Origin: Klebsiella pneumoniae | GTDB taxonomy: Bacteria; Desulfobacterota; Binatia; Bin18 | DNA: 64,000 nucleotides | Direction: 5' to 3' | Assembly (NCBI GenBank): GCA_945865755.1 | Contig: CAMBFS010000001.1 | Coordinates: forward strand, 3,210-67,209 | In this document: positions 61,288 through 64,000 of the stretch, in pieces | How the letters are laid out: every line of letters begins with the position of its first letter | Position numbering within the stretch: the first letter of the stretch is position 1 | The notes under the pieces: model-generated | Database searches by the model: none | Seen by the model: only the letters and a program-made list of their open reading frames with translations | What the model was told of the DNA's origin: nothing | Made by a program: the position numbers and the translations under genes

Positions 61288-64000
61288 TTACGCGCATGCT
61301 TCACCAAGCTCGGCTAACAGCTCCCGTGCTTCTTTGAGGTCCACACTCTCAAATCCCTCGGTAAACCAATTATAGACCTCAGCCAGTATGCGCCGAGCAT
61401 CGGCGGATTTGCCTTGCTGTTGCCAAAGACGACTCAGACTCATGGTGGCGCGCAGCTCAAACAACTTCGCGCTCTGGCGTCGAGCAATCTCCATGGCCTT
61501 GAGGAAATACGCTTCGGCCTCGACGCAGGGATCAAGGGGCGGGGATAGGGGATCATTTTTGCCTTTTGCCTTTTGACTTTTGCCTTTTGCCTTTTGACTT
61601 TCCTGTTGCAGAGTCAGCACCCCTTTGAGGCGATAGAGCTCGGCTTCATAAAATCGGCCACGATCACGGGCGATGCTCGCTTCCGCCTCATCCAAGGTGC
61701 GGAGCCCTTCATCAATACCGCCAAAACGGGCCAACGCGGCGGCCAGAATGACCGACCAGGCGGGCACGCCGAGGTCAGCGCCCGTCGCCCGCGTATCAGC
61801 TAACCCCTGACGCATTTGCGCGATCCCCTCTTCGATCTGTCCCTGCTCAACGAGCGCACCCCCACGGAGCAGCACCCCCTGCGCACTGTATTGCGCCAAC
61901 CCATGCTCCTCGGCAAGCGCGATGAGTTCGTCCGCGCACCGTAAGGCCACGGCTCCCTCACGCCGTAAGATACGGCATCCGGCTTCATACATCAGGGCGA
62001 CCGCGATCCCGTAGGGGTGTCCAGCCTCACGAGCCCCGGAGAGAGATTCACCGCTACACCGCGCCGCGTGATCGGGAAAGCCAAGACTACAGCGAATGAG
62101 CGCGAGCACGCCCAAACACACGACTTTCGGGTCCGCCATATAGCGGGGATGGTCTTGAGCCGCGTAGAGCACCAAGACCTGCTCCAAGTGCACGAGGGCC
62201 GTGGCCACCTCCCCCCGATAGAGGAGCGTCACTCCTAATGTATGGTGCGCCCACAATAAGAAGACCGGGTCTTCTCGCTGTTGCGCAAAGGCCAGCATTT
62301 GCTCTCCGAAGTCGTATGCTCGCTGCAACTCCCCTCTCACCAAATGGATCAACCACAATCCCACGAAGACCCAGAAAGATTGCGTCGTCTCCCCTAATTG
62401 TTGCGAGAGTTTGCCAATTTGCGCGTAGACTTGCTCCAATTCAGGGGACGACTCGCCCTTGAGCGCCAACAGTGGGCCAATCACAGTAATGTGGAGGGAG
62501 AGTTCCTCACGAGTCCGCGCGGGCGTATCAGGCCAGTGGGTGAGCAGCCCAAGTCCCTTGGTGAAATGTGTAATCGCCTCCTGAAACGCGGAGCGGCGGA
62601 CCGCGTTTTCCGCTGCTTGCTGCAAATAGGAGACCGCACGCGCATAGTCCCGGCCTTGCTCAAAGTGCATCGCCAGTTCCGCCGCCTGCTCTCCAGCCCG
62701 CTCGCTGTACCCCGCTTCCGCCCGCTCGCCAATGCGTTGGTGGAATCGGGCGCGGCGCGCGCCGGTCACTCGTTGATACAACGCCTGCCGATACAACGCA
62801 TGGTTAAAGGCATACTGCGCCGCCACCGTGCCATCGGGCCACTCGCCGACTCCCCCAGGGCGTAAAAACTGATTGTGACGCGCGAGATCCTCGCACCATT
62901 CCTCGACCTGGACGACATCCACCTCCAACCCCGCCGCGACCGCCGCCGTCGAGAACTCGACGCCCGCGACGCTGGCGGCCTCCAACACGCGCTGTTCATC
63001 GTGAGTCAGGCGGTCGATGCGTTTACTGAGCATCTGACGCACGCTTTCCGGCACGCCGACCTCCACCTCGGCCAACGCGCGCGTCAGTTGCCAGCGACTC
63101 TCGCGTTCCACAATCACGCCTTGTGCCACGAGATCATCCAACACGTTCACCATGAACAGCGGATTGCCATCGGTTCGCTGATGAATCAGCCCGGCGAGTC
63201 CAGAGGGAAACGCGTTATGAGCAAATCGGCCATCAAGATAGGTCGCCACCGCTGACGCGGTCAGCAGTGGTAAAGACATCTCTTTCCCCTGCCGATGGAT
63301 TTGTAGCTCATGAATCACATCGCGTAGGCGGTGATCCCCTTGCATGATATCCGCGAAACGATAGGTGCCGATGAGCAAGACCCGCCCGCGTTCACGTCGG
63401 CGCGCGAGGAACGTGAGCAAATCCAAGGTGGCGGAATCGCTCCATTGCAGGTCCTCCAGGACCAGGATCAGCGGGCGTTCGTGACTCAAGGCTTCGACCG
63501 CTTCGGCCATCTCCCGGAGCATACGCTCAGGCGTCGTCCCAGGCGGCTGAGATTGATGGACCGGGCGCGAGGAACTCTCGATCAACCAGGGAATCTGCGC
63601 CAGCCAGGTCGGCGCATAGCGACCGAGCAGCTCGAGCACTCCGCTCCCTCCAGTGGCACGGCACAGCCGTCCTATCGCATCCAATACCGGCATGTAGGCT
63701 TCGCCAGCCCCGTAGTATTCGAGGCATTGGCCGCGCGCAATCCACACCTTCTGGCGCTCCACCGTTTTCAGAAACGCTTCGACCACCGCCGTCTTGCCAA
63801 TCCCCGTCTCCCCCGTCACGAACATGACCTGTCGTTCGCCACGCCGCGCCGACTCCAAGCCGCGCCGGAGTTGGGTCAATTCGTTCTCACGCCCAACCAG
63901 TGTCGCCGCGGTCAATGATGACAGGAGGGAGGGTTTTGCTGGAGCCCGAAACGCTCTCTCGGACCTCACACCATTCGCCCGTTGGCTGCTGATCTTGCCA
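61288..64000 (-). CDS. AAA_16 ATPase plus TPR regulator (N-terminus beyond window end)
   Basis: LVGRE.EL, GETGIGKT, LEDLQWSD, TDGNPLF, F.H.L, TPRs, WFTEGF...DL..A; frame open to the window edge. Confidence 0.9.
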   Translation of the reverse strand, partial: GKISSQRANGVRSERAFRAPAKPSLLSSLTAATLVGRENELTQLRRGLESARRGERQVMFVTGETGIGKTAVVEAFLKTVERQKVWIARGQCLEYYGAGEAYMPVLDAIGRLCRATGGSGVLELLGRYAPTWLAQIPWLIESSSRPVHQSQPPGTTPERMLREMAEAVEALSHERPLILVLEDLQWSDSATLDLLTFLARRRERGRVLLIGTYRFADIMQGDHRLRDVIHELQIHRQGKEMSLPLLTASAVATYLDGRFAHNAFPSGLAGLIHQRTDGNPLFMVNVLDDLVAQGVIVERESRWQLTRALAEVEVGVPESVRQMLSKRIDRLTHDEQRVLEAASVAGVEFSTAAVAAGLEVDVVQVEEWCEDLARHNQFLRPGGVGEWPDGTVAAQYAFNHALYRQALYQRVTGARRARFHQRIGERAEAGYSERAGEQAAELAMHFEQGRDYARAVSYLQQAAENAVRRSAFQEAITHFTKGLGLLTHWPDTPARTREELSLHITVIGPLLALKGESSPELEQVYAQIGKLSQQLGETTQSFWVFVGLWLIHLVRGELQRAYDFGEQMLAFAQQREDPVFLLWAHHTLGVTLLYRGEVATALVHLEQVLVLYAAQDHPRYMADPKVVCLGVLALIRCSLGFPDHAARCSGESLSGAREAGHPYGIAVALMYEAGCRILRREGAVALRCADELIALAEEHGLAQYSAQGVLLRGGALVEQGQIEEGIAQMRQGLADTRATGADLGVPAWSVILAAALARFGGIDEGLRTLDEAEASIARDRGRFYEAELYRLKGVLTLQQESQKAKGKSQKAKGKNDPLSPPLDPCVEAEAYFLKAMEIARRQSAKLFELRATMSLSRLWQQQGKSADARRILAEVYNWFTEGFESVDLKEARELLAELGEACA

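Overview
GC-rich bacterial chromosomal segment; the gene set and repeat style resemble Deltaproteobacteria/Binatia-like genomes (inference only). Housekeeping genes: acs, def, groES/groL, an NtrB/NtrC-type pair, thiE, dnaB with two inteins, and an Rrf2/siroheme/sulfite reductase/cysH/cysK sulfur cluster. An accessory block (~29.6-50 kb) is built around two convergent ATP-grasp/alpha-E/transglutaminase operons. Between them lies an integrase-less array of attC-bounded cassettes carrying HicAB, BrnTA, a small protein plus retropepsin pair, and a GNAT. Inside the minus-strand operon is a 6.7-kb insert bounded by a 48-bp duplication of the ATP-grasp gene 5' end. It encodes a nucleosidase(-TM-TPR) protein, an exported TPR protein and an exported peptidoglycan-binding TPR-CHAT protease, and is the best candidate for an undescribed system. 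Two MITE families with target-site duplications, a nested repeat with an empty-site paralog, and 7-8-nt tandem repeats translated inside proteins were also seen. All calls come from reading motifs by eye; no database searches were run.
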